From: Thermoplasmata archaeon
GTDB taxonomy: Archaea > Thermoplasmatota > E2 > DHVEG-1
DNA: 64,000 nucleotides
NCBI GenBank assembly: GCA_020054475.1
Contig: JAHWGJ010000003.1
Span: 30,141-94,140, forward strand
Direction of reading: 5' to 3'
Under the pieces are notes generated by a model. The model was given only the letters and a program-made list of their open reading frames with translations, had not been told where the DNA came from and made no database searches. This document shows positions 17,862 through 28,307 of this stretch, in pieces. The position numbers and the translations under genes were made by a program. Within the stretch, counting starts at the first letter, position 1. Each line of letters opens with the position of its first letter.

Positions 17862-18187
17862 GCGGGTGTAGAAATACTTTGAGTGGTTGCACGTTTCATC
17901 TATTGACTACCCATTTGCATTCTCAACCCCGTTAACCCTTCGAGCATCGGCAGTTTACAGTAAGGCTGCTCACTTCCGTGCCTCACCCGATTTCTGCAAT
18001 AAAGATGCATATATGACCCTCCGATCATATATAATCATCACCTCCAATCCCAAAGGACAGGGTCTCATTGTCAACAAATGGATCAACAAATGCTCGTTAC
18101 ATCGCCTCTTAGTTTCAACTCCAGCATAAAGGCGTTTTCTGGTAACAGGGAACGCCTACCTCCCCAGTCTATTCTACACCTTTCGCC
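17862..18187 (-). ncRNA. Signal recognition particle RNA (archaeal 7S/SRP RNA)
   Basis: A GC-rich block in an AT-rich context. The minus strand reads GGCGAAAGGUGUAGAA...GGGGAGGUAGGCGUUCCCUGUUACCAGAAAACGCCUUUAUGCUGGAG (archaeal Alu-domain helices 2-4 pattern). It also carries the helix-8 motif GUGAGGCACGGAAGUGAGCAGCC (GGAA tetraloop plus AGCAGC symmetric loop). The 5' and 3' ends pair (GGUGUAGAA / UUCUACACC). End coordinates are approximate to within a few nt. Confidence 0.85.
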
Positions 18188-18197
18188 ATTTATTATT

Positions 18198-18461
18198 TTA
18201 TAGTGATCTTTGCATTATTTTTAACAGATTTCTGAAGAATTGAAAGAATATTAAAGCTAAAGCTACTGATAGAAAACCAATATCTCGAGCAATATATAAC
18301 CAATCATATGATATTCTATTATAATTTAGACAATCAATCACAAGTAAATAAATAAACAATCCAACAATGAAAAATAAAACTATATTTATGTAAAAAGACC
18401 ATTTATACCAGGTTTTTTTACTAATCTGATTAATTCTTTTTCCATCTATCATAAGAAACAA
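18198..18461 (-). CDS. Hypothetical 2-TM membrane protein
   Basis: 87 aa with two clear hydrophobic helices. Confidence 0.35.
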   Translation of the reverse strand: MFLMIDGKRINQISKKTWYKWSFYINIVLFFIVGLFIYLLVIDCLNYNRISYDWLYIARDIGFLSVALALIFFQFFRNLLKIMQRSL

Positions 18462-18518
18462 CCTCTTTAATTAACAATGCATGCATAAGCAATATATCAA
18501 AGTTATGATTAAAATTAA

Positions 18519-21500
18519 CTATAAGAAATCATCTATTTTTGTTTTTTTTATTTTATCACTCATAAACAATGAGTTAATTGATTTCTCCACCAACTTAATT
18601 CTTTGATTAGCATACGAGGGAATATTATATTTTTCCGCAATTTCTTTTGAGATTTCTAAATATTTTTTTACTGATTTTTCGTGAACTGTAAGTATTAATT
18701 TACCATTACATTTAGCACATTTACCCACTAAGGGCATCCGCCTATAAGTAATATTACATATTGGACATCTAACAGATTGCTTACTAAAAGCTCGCAGATT
18801 ACCTAATATATCTGGAAGGAAATGTCTTTCAATGACTTTATATGCAACATCAGCTTCATCAACTGCACGAATTTTTGCAGCTAGATTCAATTGAGCATTC
18901 ATCTTATCCATCATAGTTTTTAATGTTTTATAAGAAGACATTTTTGGCCCTTGTGATATATCTACAGTATCATGAGTGAAAAAAAATTTTTCATATTGAA
19001 GAGGTGTTCCCAATCTTGAAGAAACCATATCCATTATTTTTTCTAATTCCTTTGGATGTTTATGTTTCAAAGTAGCATTATAAAATTCTAAAGGATATCT
19101 TGCCAAAGTATCTATATTATGTGCTTCTTTATCAACTTCTGAAGGATCTATACGAGTTGTCAAAATTAGAGGTAAATCCATTTTACCACCTCTTTTATCT
19201 GGAATATAAGCCTTCGAAAAATTTAATAGCGCATCTAAAAGAAGCATCAGCCCATCTTCATCACCATCAGCATTTCTTCTTTTCGCTGCATGATAGAAAG
19301 GATGAGCAAAACAAACTTGAGAATCCGTAAAACCAATAATCCTTGCTAATGAACCAGCTGAAGTATGAGGGGCTAACCCAACAACAAGATGACCTGTTAA
19401 ATCTTCGAGTTTTTTTATATTATAAAATCTATTAAGTTTATAAAATTTTACAAGAAGATCATCAATAAATTTAGTAATATTAACAAAATATTCTGCACAG
19501 GCTTTTGAAATAATTACATCCTGTACTTTTAACTCACATATCTGATTATTATGATCTAAATTTTTATCTAAATAATCTTTATTATAACCTAATTTTCTTA
19601 ATGTTTCTATAGAAACATGTATTTCATTAGGTTTGAAATGAGTTAATGGAGCATCAGTCATATCAAAACGGATTGTTCCATCTTTAAAAACTGATAATTT
19701 ATATTTTGCCCTTAACATTCCTTTCTCTAAAGGTTCTGGAGTTTTATGTTTTGAAATTGTACCTTGAACACCTTTAATATTCTCTGGAATATGCCGAATT
19801 TTAAGGTTATTTTTTGCTATATTTAGCTCCGCTGATACGTCGATTTTATGAATTTCAATTCTATCATTAACCTGTCTTGTGTGATTTTTACATATACATG
19901 TTATCCGAAAATTTTTTTTACCACAATTGGGGCATATTCTTTTACCAGCTTCAACTTCAATTAAACCTTTTTCAGCAGCCTTACTAAACAATCTCTGATT
20001 ACTACCATAATTTCCTAATGGAAATAGTACATGTGGAGGTGGCTTCATTTTTCTAACATCAGCTTTTTCAGGTCGACCCATTCTAGATCCTATTCTAAAA
20101 GGAGATTTTTCCCTTATTTCAAAACCTGATAATTTTGAAACTAGAGATATAGGTGTTTCATCTTTTTTTAAAGATATTATTTCTTCAAATCTCTTAGTTT
20201 CACAGATTTTCTTGTCAATAACATCTAAACCAAGACTCTTAATTAATGAATAAGAATATCTTTCGAAGAGAATCATTTCTTGATTTTTTTTATGGGTGGC
20301 GCCTAATTCAATTAAGATTTTTTTTACAATATCGTTAGTTGGAATTTGTAGATTATTATCTTCATTAATAATTCCATTTTCCTTTATATAATAAGCAAGA
20401 ATCTTAATATCATCAATTTTTAAATCATGCCAAAAGAGATTATAATAGGGGTGTAAAGGAATTTTGTATTTTTTTGATAGTTCAAATGCATCATAAGCTT
20501 TAGGTGTTTCAAGGTTTATTTCTCTTTTAAAATCATTATTTATTTTAATCTGACTTTCTTTATCCTTCTCTAGTATGCTATTTAAATCATTTTTCTTTGG
20601 TAATAAGTTAAGAGATTTTTGAAGATCTTGAATCCACCATTCATAAACATAGGGGGAGTTTGGAAGTAGTTCATTATTTTCAATAAATTCTCCAAAAGGT
20701 ATTAAAATTTCTCCTAAATCAATTATTTTTTTAATATCATCTTTTTTAATCTTTTTATCTCCATTGCATTGAATTAAATTCCCATTTTTTAAAAGAACTA
20801 ATGGGCCATCTATATTATTACATGGAGTGCCTATAGTACCTTTACCTGGTCTTTCAATTTTTAGTTGTGTACCTACAGCAATAAAATTATCAAGAATTAC
20901 CATCGAATTAGGGTTAATCGCAGTCGCCGCAAGACCTGCGGTTCTAGCTCTACCATATCTGAGTCTAAAGCCACCTTTTCTTGAAGGGTGTGAAAATACG
21001 GGTCTCCCTGCAATTACTTCACCAATGTATTTATTTGATGGTAAAATTTCAGGAATTTTTCCTAAAGTAAGTTTATCTGCACCATTGCTCTTATTTAAAA
21101 AAATCTCTAAAAAATCCCAATCTTTCAGTTTCAGTTTTTTTACATGTTTTAATATTTTTGGAGCTTTTAAACAAAGACCTTCAGCAATAACAAGACATGC
21201 TCCACCTCTTAATCTATTTGTATTTACCCTCGAAAGATCCCTGTGTCCTGCAACCTCAACTTCTTCTGTTCCTTCACCGTTAATACAAATTGGACAGTTT
21301 TTTGTTATTTTTTCAATTTCATCAACTGACGGAGTATATTGTAAATGTTGTGTTCTTTTATATAAAGGAATTTCCTCTTTATAACGCTCAATTTCTTCTA
21401 AGGTTGGTTTATATCTACCAATATCTAATTCTCGTCTAACAATATCGGCAAGTAACACACTCATTGCCTGACCTGTTCCACCAGCACTTCTTATAGGACC

Positions 21501-21956
21501 TGAAAAATAAAGATCAACATAATTTGACCCATCTTTATTAGTACCAATTCTAACCTCAGCAATTCCTTCAAGAGGGGCTACTAATACTCCTTCTGTAAGT
21601 ATTGCAAGTCCCGTTCTAATTGCTTGATCTAATGCTTCTTCAGTTTTTTTAAAATTATAACTCTTATCTTTAACAATTCGTTTTGCAATTTCAATTGAAA
21701 CCATTTCTCTATTTTTTAATTTTTTTGTAATTTCTCGGATTATTGGTGCGATGTTTTTTGGTCCAACCAGTTTTTCCACCCTTGAAGCAATATCTAATGC
21801 TTGTGGAATTTCAACCTCAAATTCTGGATCTAGGCCAATGCTTCTTGCCTTATTTGCTAATATATAACAGCCGTCAACCTTTTTTTGTAAATTTTTAAAA
21901 TACGAATGCATTTCTCCGCTGACTGCAATATCATCTGTTATATCCCCACCCATCAT
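18519..21956 (-). CDS. polC: DNA polymerase II (PolD) large subunit DP2
   Basis: 1145 aa. Conserved DP2 blocks include GPIRSAGGTGQA, RLRGGACLVIAEG, GRPVFSHPSRKGGFRLRYGR, GRPEKA, NADGDEDG and the C-terminal Zn modules (CPICN...CAKCNG). No intein. Confidence 0.95.
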   Translation of the reverse strand: MMGGDITDDIAVSGEMHSYFKNLQKKVDGCYILANKARSIGLDPEFEVEIPQALDIASRVEKLVGPKNIAPIIREITKKLKNREMVSIEIAKRIVKDKSYNFKKTEEALDQAIRTGLAILTEGVLVAPLEGIAEVRIGTNKDGSNYVDLYFSGPIRSAGGTGQAMSVLLADIVRRELDIGRYKPTLEEIERYKEEIPLYKRTQHLQYTPSVDEIEKITKNCPICINGEGTEEVEVAGHRDLSRVNTNRLRGGACLVIAEGLCLKAPKILKHVKKLKLKDWDFLEIFLNKSNGADKLTLGKIPEILPSNKYIGEVIAGRPVFSHPSRKGGFRLRYGRARTAGLAATAINPNSMVILDNFIAVGTQLKIERPGKGTIGTPCNNIDGPLVLLKNGNLIQCNGDKKIKKDDIKKIIDLGEILIPFGEFIENNELLPNSPYVYEWWIQDLQKSLNLLPKKNDLNSILEKDKESQIKINNDFKREINLETPKAYDAFELSKKYKIPLHPYYNLFWHDLKIDDIKILAYYIKENGIINEDNNLQIPTNDIVKKILIELGATHKKNQEMILFERYSYSLIKSLGLDVIDKKICETKRFEEIISLKKDETPISLVSKLSGFEIREKSPFRIGSRMGRPEKADVRKMKPPPHVLFPLGNYGSNQRLFSKAAEKGLIEVEAGKRICPNCGKKNFRITCICKNHTRQVNDRIEIHKIDVSAELNIAKNNLKIRHIPENIKGVQGTISKHKTPEPLEKGMLRAKYKLSVFKDGTIRFDMTDAPLTHFKPNEIHVSIETLRKLGYNKDYLDKNLDHNNQICELKVQDVIISKACAEYFVNITKFIDDLLVKFYKLNRFYNIKKLEDLTGHLVVGLAPHTSAGSLARIIGFTDSQVCFAHPFYHAAKRRNADGDEDGLMLLLDALLNFSKAYIPDKRGGKMDLPLILTTRIDPSEVDKEAHNIDTLARYPLEFYNATLKHKHPKELEKIMDMVSSRLGTPLQYEKFFFTHDTVDISQGPKMSSYKTLKTMMDKMNAQLNLAAKIRAVDEADVAYKVIERHFLPDILGNLRAFSKQSVRCPICNITYRRMPLVGKCAKCNGKLILTVHEKSVKKYLEISKEIAEKYNIPSYANQRIKLVEKSINSLFMSDKIKKTKIDDFL

Positions 21957-22036
21957 TTGACCTCTAAAAACAAATCATACTACTATACAAAATTGATGTT
22001 TAAATCTTTTCATTATTAAATTGATTAAAGATTATT

Positions 22037-23722
22037 TTAAAATGAATTTTTATTGAAATCCATCATTGTAACATTACTAGTTTTTAAATTAATGATTGGA
22101 ATTTTTGCAGGATCTGGAATGAAATTTAACATTTTTTGATAAGATGTTTGAGATTGCCAGCTTGACGCGTTTATCAGTTTAACCCCTCTATACTCGCCAA
22201 CATCCGCTAAATGAACATGACCTGTAACAAATATATCAGGGATTTTATCAATAATCATATAATCAATATGTTCGGGAGCTAAAGGTGTATAACCTCCATA
22301 ACTTGGTGCTAAATGATGTTTTTTAAGCATAAGTTTCATAATTTCAACAGGGTCATTATATTTTAAATATTGAATATTTGTAGCAAAATCAAGTAAACTT
22401 TGACCATGATATGATAAAACTTCAACCCCATGTATTGAAAAATAACATGGATTTCCAACAAAAGTAATATCATTTCCTGAAAATAGATTTTGAATTTCTT
22501 TTTCAAAGGTAGGTTGAGGCTCTGCGGGTCTTACGGCATCATGATTACCAGGTTGAATAATAACCGAAATGTAATCTGGAATTTTACTAATATACTCTGC
22601 TAATACCTCGTATTGTTTGTAAAGATTTGTAATTGAAAGCTCTTTTTCCTGATTAGGATAAATTCCAATTCCATCAACAACATCACCCGGAATTACAATA
22701 TATTTAATTCTTCCAGCAACATCTCTTTGTCTCGAATTACCAATTTGGCCATTAATCCATTTAATAAAAGATTGCCATTGTTTTTCTAAAAATTCTCTAC
22801 TTCCAATGTGAATATCTGAAAGAAATGCTGCACAAATTGATTCCTCTGATTTATGTCTACTATTTTGAATGCTAATATCCGGATAGATAATATTTTGTAT
22901 GACCAATAAATCTCCATTTTTACTTAATTGACCAGTTATTCCCACAATTTCATCCAATACAATTTCTCTTGCAATTTGAAATACTTCATGATTATTTTTT
23001 AACGCAATTGCAACAGTTGATCCTGAATCATCTTCTATCTCAATCAATTTATGACCATTTTGAGTATTTCTTACTTCCTTAATTATTCCTATAATTTGAA
23101 TATTTTTTATACCAATTTTATTAATTTTATTAATTGGTATAATATTTGCAATTTCTCTCCTTTGATTTTTTAATATTTTTCTTAAATTTTCAAATCTATC
23201 AGTAAATAATTTAATAAAATCTTGTGTAGTTCCCTCACATGTACTTTTTCCAGTTACATCTTTAATTATTTTTATATCCGAATCAAAATTTTTTGAAAAA
23301 GCACTCCATCTATCAATCTTATTGAATTCAAAATTTTTTGATTTTATATCATTTTTTAGTACGATTTTATTATTTAATTTAAAGTTTTCTTGATCGGTTA
23401 ATATCTGTTTATCTTCTTCAATAATATTTTTTTTCGGTTTTAATTCCGGATTATATAAATCAAATAATATTTTTGATTGAATCTCTTTATTTTTTATAAA
23501 AAAATCAGAAGGATTTGAAATTTCATTATTTTCACTTGTTTCTTCAATTTTCTTAACTTGTTCAAGAGTTAATACCAGAGGATATTCTTTTAATTCCTTA
23601 GTTAGATAAGCAGTAAACTCTTTAGGATTTTCTTTTGACAGTATATAATCTAAAGTTTCTGGTTGTACGAAAGTACCATGTTCTGAGAAAATTTGAATTA
23701 TTGCTTTCATCCCTTTACCCAA
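22037..23722 (-). CDS. polB: DNA polymerase II (PolD) small subunit DP1 (Mre11-like 3'-5' exonuclease)
   Basis: 561 aa with an OB-fold region and calcineurin-like phosphoesterase motifs: LSDIHIGS, IPGDVVDG, GNHD and VTGHVH. Confidence 0.93.
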   Translation of the reverse strand: MGKGMKAIIQIFSEHGTFVQPETLDYILSKENPKEFTAYLTKELKEYPLVLTLEQVKKIEETSENNEISNPSDFFIKNKEIQSKILFDLYNPELKPKKNIIEEDKQILTDQENFKLNNKIVLKNDIKSKNFEFNKIDRWSAFSKNFDSDIKIIKDVTGKSTCEGTTQDFIKLFTDRFENLRKILKNQRREIANIIPINKINKIGIKNIQIIGIIKEVRNTQNGHKLIEIEDDSGSTVAIALKNNHEVFQIAREIVLDEIVGITGQLSKNGDLLVIQNIIYPDISIQNSRHKSEESICAAFLSDIHIGSREFLEKQWQSFIKWINGQIGNSRQRDVAGRIKYIVIPGDVVDGIGIYPNQEKELSITNLYKQYEVLAEYISKIPDYISVIIQPGNHDAVRPAEPQPTFEKEIQNLFSGNDITFVGNPCYFSIHGVEVLSYHGQSLLDFATNIQYLKYNDPVEIMKLMLKKHHLAPSYGGYTPLAPEHIDYMIIDKIPDIFVTGHVHLADVGEYRGVKLINASSWQSQTSYQKMLNFIPDPAKIPIINLKTSNVTMMDFNKNSF

Positions 23723-23996
23723 AAAAAATACTTTTCAGTATTTTAGAAAAAGTATATGCAAAATAAGGTTTTTAGCATTATGGTTATAATAAAAAATCGG
23801 TGATTACTTTTTTTGAAGTTAGGTAATATATATAATTTTCTGAAAATAGGTTATTTTAAATAAAAATATTTATCAGATTAATTATTCATCATTTTAGGCG
23901 TATGATGAGTAACAAATATATCTTTATTTTTAGAAAGAAATATAAATAAGCTAAACTTAATTTAGATATGGTAACTCGCAATATATAGGATTTAAA

Positions 23997-24293
23997 ATGA
24001 TAAGCATTAAAATCTACAAACAGGGCAACGAAATATTAATAGGTGCTTGCGATGAAGAATTAGTAGGTAGAAAATTTGAAGAAGGAAAATTACAAATTGA
24101 TGTTTCAAAAGCTTTCTATGGTGGGAGAATAATTTCAATTGAGACATTTATACAATATCTCAAAGAAGCAACAATTGCGAATCTTGTTGGTAAAAATGCT
24201 GTTGAATGTGCAATTAAAATTGGTTTAATTGATCCTGAATGCGTTCTTAAAATTAAGGGTGTACCTCATGCTCAAATGGTGAGGATGAGGTAA
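23997..24293 (+). CDS. DUF424-family protein (conserved archaeal)
   Basis: 98 aa with ...ILIGACDEELVGRKFEEGKLQIDVSKAFYGG...ANLVGKNAV...GVPHAQM, the DUF424/COG2412 pattern. Confidence 0.7.
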   Translation: MISIKIYKQGNEILIGACDEELVGRKFEEGKLQIDVSKAFYGGRIISIETFIQYLKEATIANLVGKNAVECAIKIGLIDPECVLKIKGVPHAQMVRMR

Positions 24294-24297
24294 TAAA

Positions 24298-24798
24298 TTA
24301 ATCTCCATTTTTAATTGTAAAAATTTTCTTTATTATTTTATCATAATGAGATCCTTTCCAATATATCTTATCACAGAAATTACAAAAATAAAAATCATTC
24401 ATATTATTATAAATTTTTATTGGAATTTTATCTTTAAAATCTTGTTTATTAATTTTAATAAGTTTAGAATTACAAATTGAACATTTTGATAATATTTCAT
24501 TTTCATCTATCTTAATGTCCTTCAGTACATGTTTTAATTGGTCATCTAAATTTAAAGATTTTATACTAATAATTTTTAAATTTCTTTTTTTAGCCCTAAT
24601 TATTAAATCTTTATCTCTAGTAATTAGTATATAGTTCTCTTTTTCTGCGATTTTTAATAATTCATCATCATTAATGTCTCTTTTAACATAGTAGGCATCA
24701 AAACCAAAAAACCTAAGCCATCTTGATAGATTACCCAACATTTGGTCGCATAAAAATTTCATTGTATTAAATGGTAATAAAATCCTAAATATTTGCAT
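24298..24798 (-). CDS. Mut7-C (DUF82) PIN-like RNase domain protein with a C-terminal Zn ribbon
   Basis: FLCDQMLGNLSRWLRFFGFDAYY..., ILITRDKDL, and CSICNSKL...CNFCDKIYWKGSHY. Confidence 0.8.
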   Translation of the reverse strand: MQIFRILLPFNTMKFLCDQMLGNLSRWLRFFGFDAYYVKRDINDDELLKIAEKENYILITRDKDLIIRAKKRNLKIISIKSLNLDDQLKHVLKDIKIDENEILSKCSICNSKLIKINKQDFKDKIPIKIYNNMNDFYFCNFCDKIYWKGSHYDKIIKKIFTIKNGD

Positions 24799-24862
24799 TT
24801 TTTGTTTTGGTTAGAGTTTTAAGCTGAAAGTTATTATATGATGCTCAAGGTGATAATAACAA

Positions 24863-25354
24863 ATGAAAGAAGGATATTTGCAAATTAAAATTGCAGAACT
24901 TTATGAAAAATGTAAAAAAATTGATCAAATGATTAACATGGAAAAATCCAAACTCATTTTACTTCAAGAACAAGTCGGAGGATTCAAAGACTTATTGAAA
25001 AAATTAAAAGATCTAGATGAGCTGAAAAAACACACTATAAATACAATCAAGGATGAGAACGAAAAAATATTGGCAAATCAAATTAAAAATTTGTCAAAAA
25101 AATTATCTGAAACTTATAAAACTTCAATAGAACATAAAAATAATAAAATTGATCAATTTTTAAAAAATATTGAAAATATTGAAAATGAAAAAAAAACAAG
25201 AGATGGAATTATTGATAAAAGAATAAACGAAATTGAATATCTTTTAGAACATAATAATTTACTTATGATGAAATTAGCTAATAAAGGAATTATATCAGAA
25301 AGAGAAATCAATGAGATGGATACTAGATCATATAAAAAAATTAGTAATAAGTAA
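24863..25354 (+). CDS. Coiled-coil protein, hypothetical
   Basis: 163 aa, K/E/L/N-rich with heptad-like periodicity throughout. Confidence 0.4.
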   Translation: MKEGYLQIKIAELYEKCKKIDQMINMEKSKLILLQEQVGGFKDLLKKLKDLDELKKHTINTIKDENEKILANQIKNLSKKLSETYKTSIEHKNNKIDQFLKNIENIENEKKTRDGIIDKRINEIEYLLEHNNLLMMKLANKGIISEREINEMDTRSYKKISNK

Positions 25355-25363
25355 ATATCGTCA

Positions 25364-26014
25364 TTATTTTTTCCTATAATGAATTAAAAAACCTTCACCA
25401 AGTTGTTTAATTTTAATGATTTTTAACAATATTTTTGATTTTTCATCCTCTATTCCAGAGCCATCTGCCATGGTCGGTGTATTTCTACCTCCAATTACAA
25501 AAGGAGCTGTATAAACAAATAAGTCATCAAAAAAACCATTTTTTATAAAATTCCATATTACAGTACTTCCGCCCTCCACCATCAATTTATTAATACCTCT
25601 ACTCTTTAATTGAAATAAAAGATCCTTAAGATCAATATATCCATCCTTATTTTTATTACATTTTATTATTTCATTATTTATTCCCAAATTTTTAGAACAT
25701 TTTTGAGAAGTGATTATATATGTCATTGATGAATTATCTAAAACATAAGAATCTAAAGGCGTCCTAAAATTTGAATCAAGAATTATCCTTATAGGATTTT
25801 TAGAATTTTTTACATATTTATTTTTAACAGTTAACTTTGGATTATCTGATAGAACAGTACCTATACCAACAAGAACCCCGTCACAGCTATTCCGTAATTC
25901 ATACATTCTTTTTATATCATCGTTACTAGATATCTTAATCTGTTCTCTATTGGGAAGAGAAAATTTACCATCAGCAGATATTGCACAATTAATTATAACA
26001 TAAGGTCTTTTCAT
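25364..26014 (-). CDS. 2,5-diamino-6-ribosylamino-4(3H)-pyrimidinone 5'-phosphate reductase (RibD C-terminal/ArfC type)
   Basis: MKRPYVIINCAISADGKF..., MVEGGSTV, and a DHFR-like reductase fold of 216 aa. Confidence 0.8.
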   Translation of the reverse strand: MKRPYVIINCAISADGKFSLPNREQIKISSNDDIKRMYELRNSCDGVLVGIGTVLSDNPKLTVKNKYVKNSKNPIRIILDSNFRTPLDSYVLDNSSMTYIITSQKCSKNLGINNEIIKCNKNKDGYIDLKDLLFQLKSRGINKLMVEGGSTVIWNFIKNGFFDDLFVYTAPFVIGGRNTPTMADGSGIEDEKSKILLKIIKIKQLGEGFLIHYRKK

Positions 26015-26027
26015 AAATATCTTATTC

Positions 26028-26690
26028 TTATTTTGGATATAATGGACATTCTTTATTATTTTCAGTACAAATCCCTTTACTTTTACATGAGGGGCCGGCG
26101 TCTTTAAAAATTATAGGAGCTTTTTTTTGTAATTCTTTTAACATCAGATTTGCAAGTATTCTTATTTCCCATTGAGCATGAAGACAACAACGTAATTCAA
26201 AAAAATTTAGCAAAGATCTGGCATTCATCGTTACAATTATATTAGTACATGCTGCGTTAGGAAGAACATATCTTGAATCTTCAGCAGGTATATTCATTTC
26301 AATGAGCGTATTATACTGCTTCCAAATAATATCCATCGTCTCTTGATATGCTTTTTTCATAATTTTATTAGCATTAATTTTTGGAGGTATCACATAATTT
26401 GGTTTTTTTAAATTTACATACCTTTGACTTTGCTGAGCATAACTTGCAATACGATGTCTTACTAATTGATGTGTTAAAGATCTGCTAACATCACTTATTG
26501 CAAAGGTAAAACTAGTATGTTCAATTATGCTTGTATGGCCAAGATTTAAAACATGTTTTAATATAGAGTTTAATTCATCATCTGGATTATTTTCTAAATC
26601 TTCAGGTTTAGCAATACTATGTGTTAATTTAGCTGCCATTGCTGGAATTTTCTCAGGATTTGAAGAATAACCTATAAGTTTAACATTCAT
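26028..26690 (-). CDS. thyX: FAD-dependent thymidylate synthase ThyX
   Basis: ThyX signature RHRIASYAQQSQRY (RHRxxSxxxxSxR); 220 aa. Confidence 0.92.
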   Translation of the reverse strand: MNVKLIGYSSNPEKIPAMAAKLTHSIAKPEDLENNPDDELNSILKHVLNLGHTSIIEHTSFTFAISDVSRSLTHQLVRHRIASYAQQSQRYVNLKKPNYVIPPKINANKIMKKAYQETMDIIWKQYNTLIEMNIPAEDSRYVLPNAACTNIIVTMNARSLLNFFELRCCLHAQWEIRILANLMLKELQKKAPIIFKDAGPSCKSKGICTENNKECPLYPK

Positions 26691-26870
26691 TTTTAATCTC
26701 CCCTCAAAATGTCTATATCAAAATTCCTTTTATTAGTTCTAAATTATTGTCTAATAGATAGATTATCAAACATAAATAATTTACTTATTTTTAATAATCA
26801 AACAATAAGCTTTTAAAAAGCAACAAGATTACCCTGAATCAGAGTTAGATATATTGGAAGGGAAATTATA

Positions 26871-27389
26871 ATGATAGCATTTATTGTTACATCTATACTT
26901 TGTTTCGTAATCTATTTACTTTTAACTACTGGTAGTGGAACCTTTGGATTATGGAGCTTGGAAGAAATTCTATTAGGCATTATCCTCTCATTAATAACTG
27001 GTTTTATAACAAGAAAAATATTCATAAAAAAAGATTTCAGAATGTTAAATCCTATTAGATGGCTTATTTTTCTTGTTTATATTATTGGTCCTTTTTTTAT
27101 TGGTATGGCAAAATCAAATATTGATGTTGCTTATAGAGTAATTACGGGAAAAATAAATCCAGGTATTGTAAAAATAACTCCAGACTTAAAAACAGATTTA
27201 GGGATAACATTATTAGCAAATTCTATAACTTTAACTCCTGGAACCTTAAGCGTTGATATCGATGAAGAAAAAAATAATCTATATATTCACTGGATTAATG
27301 TTGATGAGAAAAAATTAAAAGGAGATACTGTTGAAACAAAATATGTTTGTGGAAATTTTGAAAAATGGGTAAGGAGGATAACTGAATGA
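26871..27389 (+). CDS. mnhE: Mrp/Mbh membrane module subunit E (MnhE/MbhA-like)
   Basis: 172 aa with LLANSITLTPGTLSVDID, an MnhE-type motif. First gene of the coupled operon. Confidence 0.8.
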   Translation: MIAFIVTSILCFVIYLLLTTGSGTFGLWSLEEILLGIILSLITGFITRKIFIKKDFRMLNPIRWLIFLVYIIGPFFIGMAKSNIDVAYRVITGKINPGIVKITPDLKTDLGITLLANSITLTPGTLSVDIDEEKNNLYIHWINVDEKKLKGDTVETKYVCGNFEKWVRRITE

Positions 27390-27655
27390 TTGATTATTTT
27401 AATGTGTATATAATTGTCTTAATTGCTCTTTTAATCTGTGTTATATTAGCAATTATCAGAGTTGTTCTAGGACCTACAGCACCCGATCGGATAGTAGGAT
27501 TAGATACAATAAATACAATTGTAATCTCTAGCATGGTTATTTTTGGTGCTGCTTTTAGGGAGATTATCTATATTGATGTAGCAATTGTATATGCGCTACT
27601 TTCATTTATTTCAACATTATTTATAGCTAAATATCTAGAAGGAGGAGATTTCTAA
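27386..27655 (+). CDS. mnhF: Mrp/Mbh subunit F (MnhF/MbhB-like)
   Basis: 89 aa, 3 TM, with LGPTAPDRIVGLDT. ATGA overlap with the upstream gene. Confidence 0.8.
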   Translation: MIDYFNVYIIVLIALLICVILAIIRVVLGPTAPDRIVGLDTINTIVISSMVIFGAAFREIIYIDVAIVYALLSFISTLFIAKYLEGGDF

Positions 27656-28059
27656 TGTTAGGATTAATTATTGATATTATTGTTTATATATTCCTAATCA
27701 TAGGAGTTTTCTTTAGTTTCCTTGCAGGTTTTGGATTACTAAGATTTCCTGATGTTTATACCAGATTACATGCTGGAACAAAATGTACTACTTTTGGTTC
27801 AATCTTTATTACAGGATCAGTCATAATTCTTGGTTTAAAAATGTGGTATTTAGGTAGTGCCGATGGATCTGTTTTGGCTATTCATACGGCAGGAGCTTTA
27901 ATTGCAATTCTTCTTACAAATCCAACAGGAGCTCATGCAATTGCTCGAGCTGCTCATAAAAGTGGAGTCAAACCTGTTGGTGCAGTTGTTGATGGATTGG
28001 ATAAAGTTAACGGAAAAACTATAAAATATCAAAAAGAAAAAATGGAGGAGAAAAAATGA
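27655..28059 (+). CDS. mnhG: Mrp/Mbh subunit G (MnhG/MbhC-like)
   Basis: LRFPDVYTRLHAGTK motif. TAATG overlap with the upstream gene. Confidence 0.85.
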   Translation: MLGLIIDIIVYIFLIIGVFFSFLAGFGLLRFPDVYTRLHAGTKCTTFGSIFITGSVIILGLKMWYLGSADGSVLAIHTAGALIAILLTNPTGAHAIARAAHKSGVKPVGAVVDGLDKVNGKTIKYQKEKMEEKK

Positions 28060-28307
28060 TTTTAGATGCGATTCATATTTTATTACCTATATTGATTATT
28101 GCATCATCATTATTCGCTGTTCTTCTTAAAGATTTGATAGCAGCTGCTATTGCTGTTGCAGCAATGAGCTTATTACTTTCTCTAGAATTTTTCATTCTCC
28201 AAGCACCTGATGTTGCTATAGCTGAAGCTGGGGTAGGAGCGTGCCTAACTACTGCAATTTTAGTAATTGCAATAAAATCTACCAAAAGAATGGAGGATGA
28301 AAAATAA
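28056..28307 (+). CDS. MbhD-like subunit (DUF4040; derived from the MrpA C-terminal region)
   Basis: 83 aa, 3 TM, with [18 protein letters not shown]. Confidence 0.7.
   Translation: MILDAIHILLPILIIASSLFAVLLKDLIAAAIAVAAMSLLLSLEFFILQAPDVAIAEAGVGACLTTAILVIAIKSTKRMEDEK

Noticed and set aside
17887-18129. 80-aa plus-strand ORF from the ORF track
   Set aside because: It lies entirely within the SRP RNA gene on the opposite strand. Its composition reflects the structured GC-rich RNA, not a protein.
17862-18187. RNase P RNA as an alternative identity for the GC-rich block
   Set aside because: On neither strand could I find the CR-I GAGGAAAGUCC or CR-IV/V motifs. The SRP helix-8 (GGAA tetraloop plus AGCAGC) and Alu-domain motifs are present, so I preferred SRP RNA.
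12752-21384. Shadow ORFs inside S7, EF-2, MCM and PolD genes (12752..12976, 13134..13568, 13709..14153, 16574..16765, 16874..17074, 19100..19330, 20827..21384)
   Set aside because: They are fully nested in highly conserved core genes and show no recognisable motifs.
23723-23996. The 274-bp AT-rich region upstream of PolD DP1, considered as a replication origin
   Set aside because: I found no repeated ORB or mini-ORB-like elements, and there is no adjacent orc1/cdc6 gene in the window.
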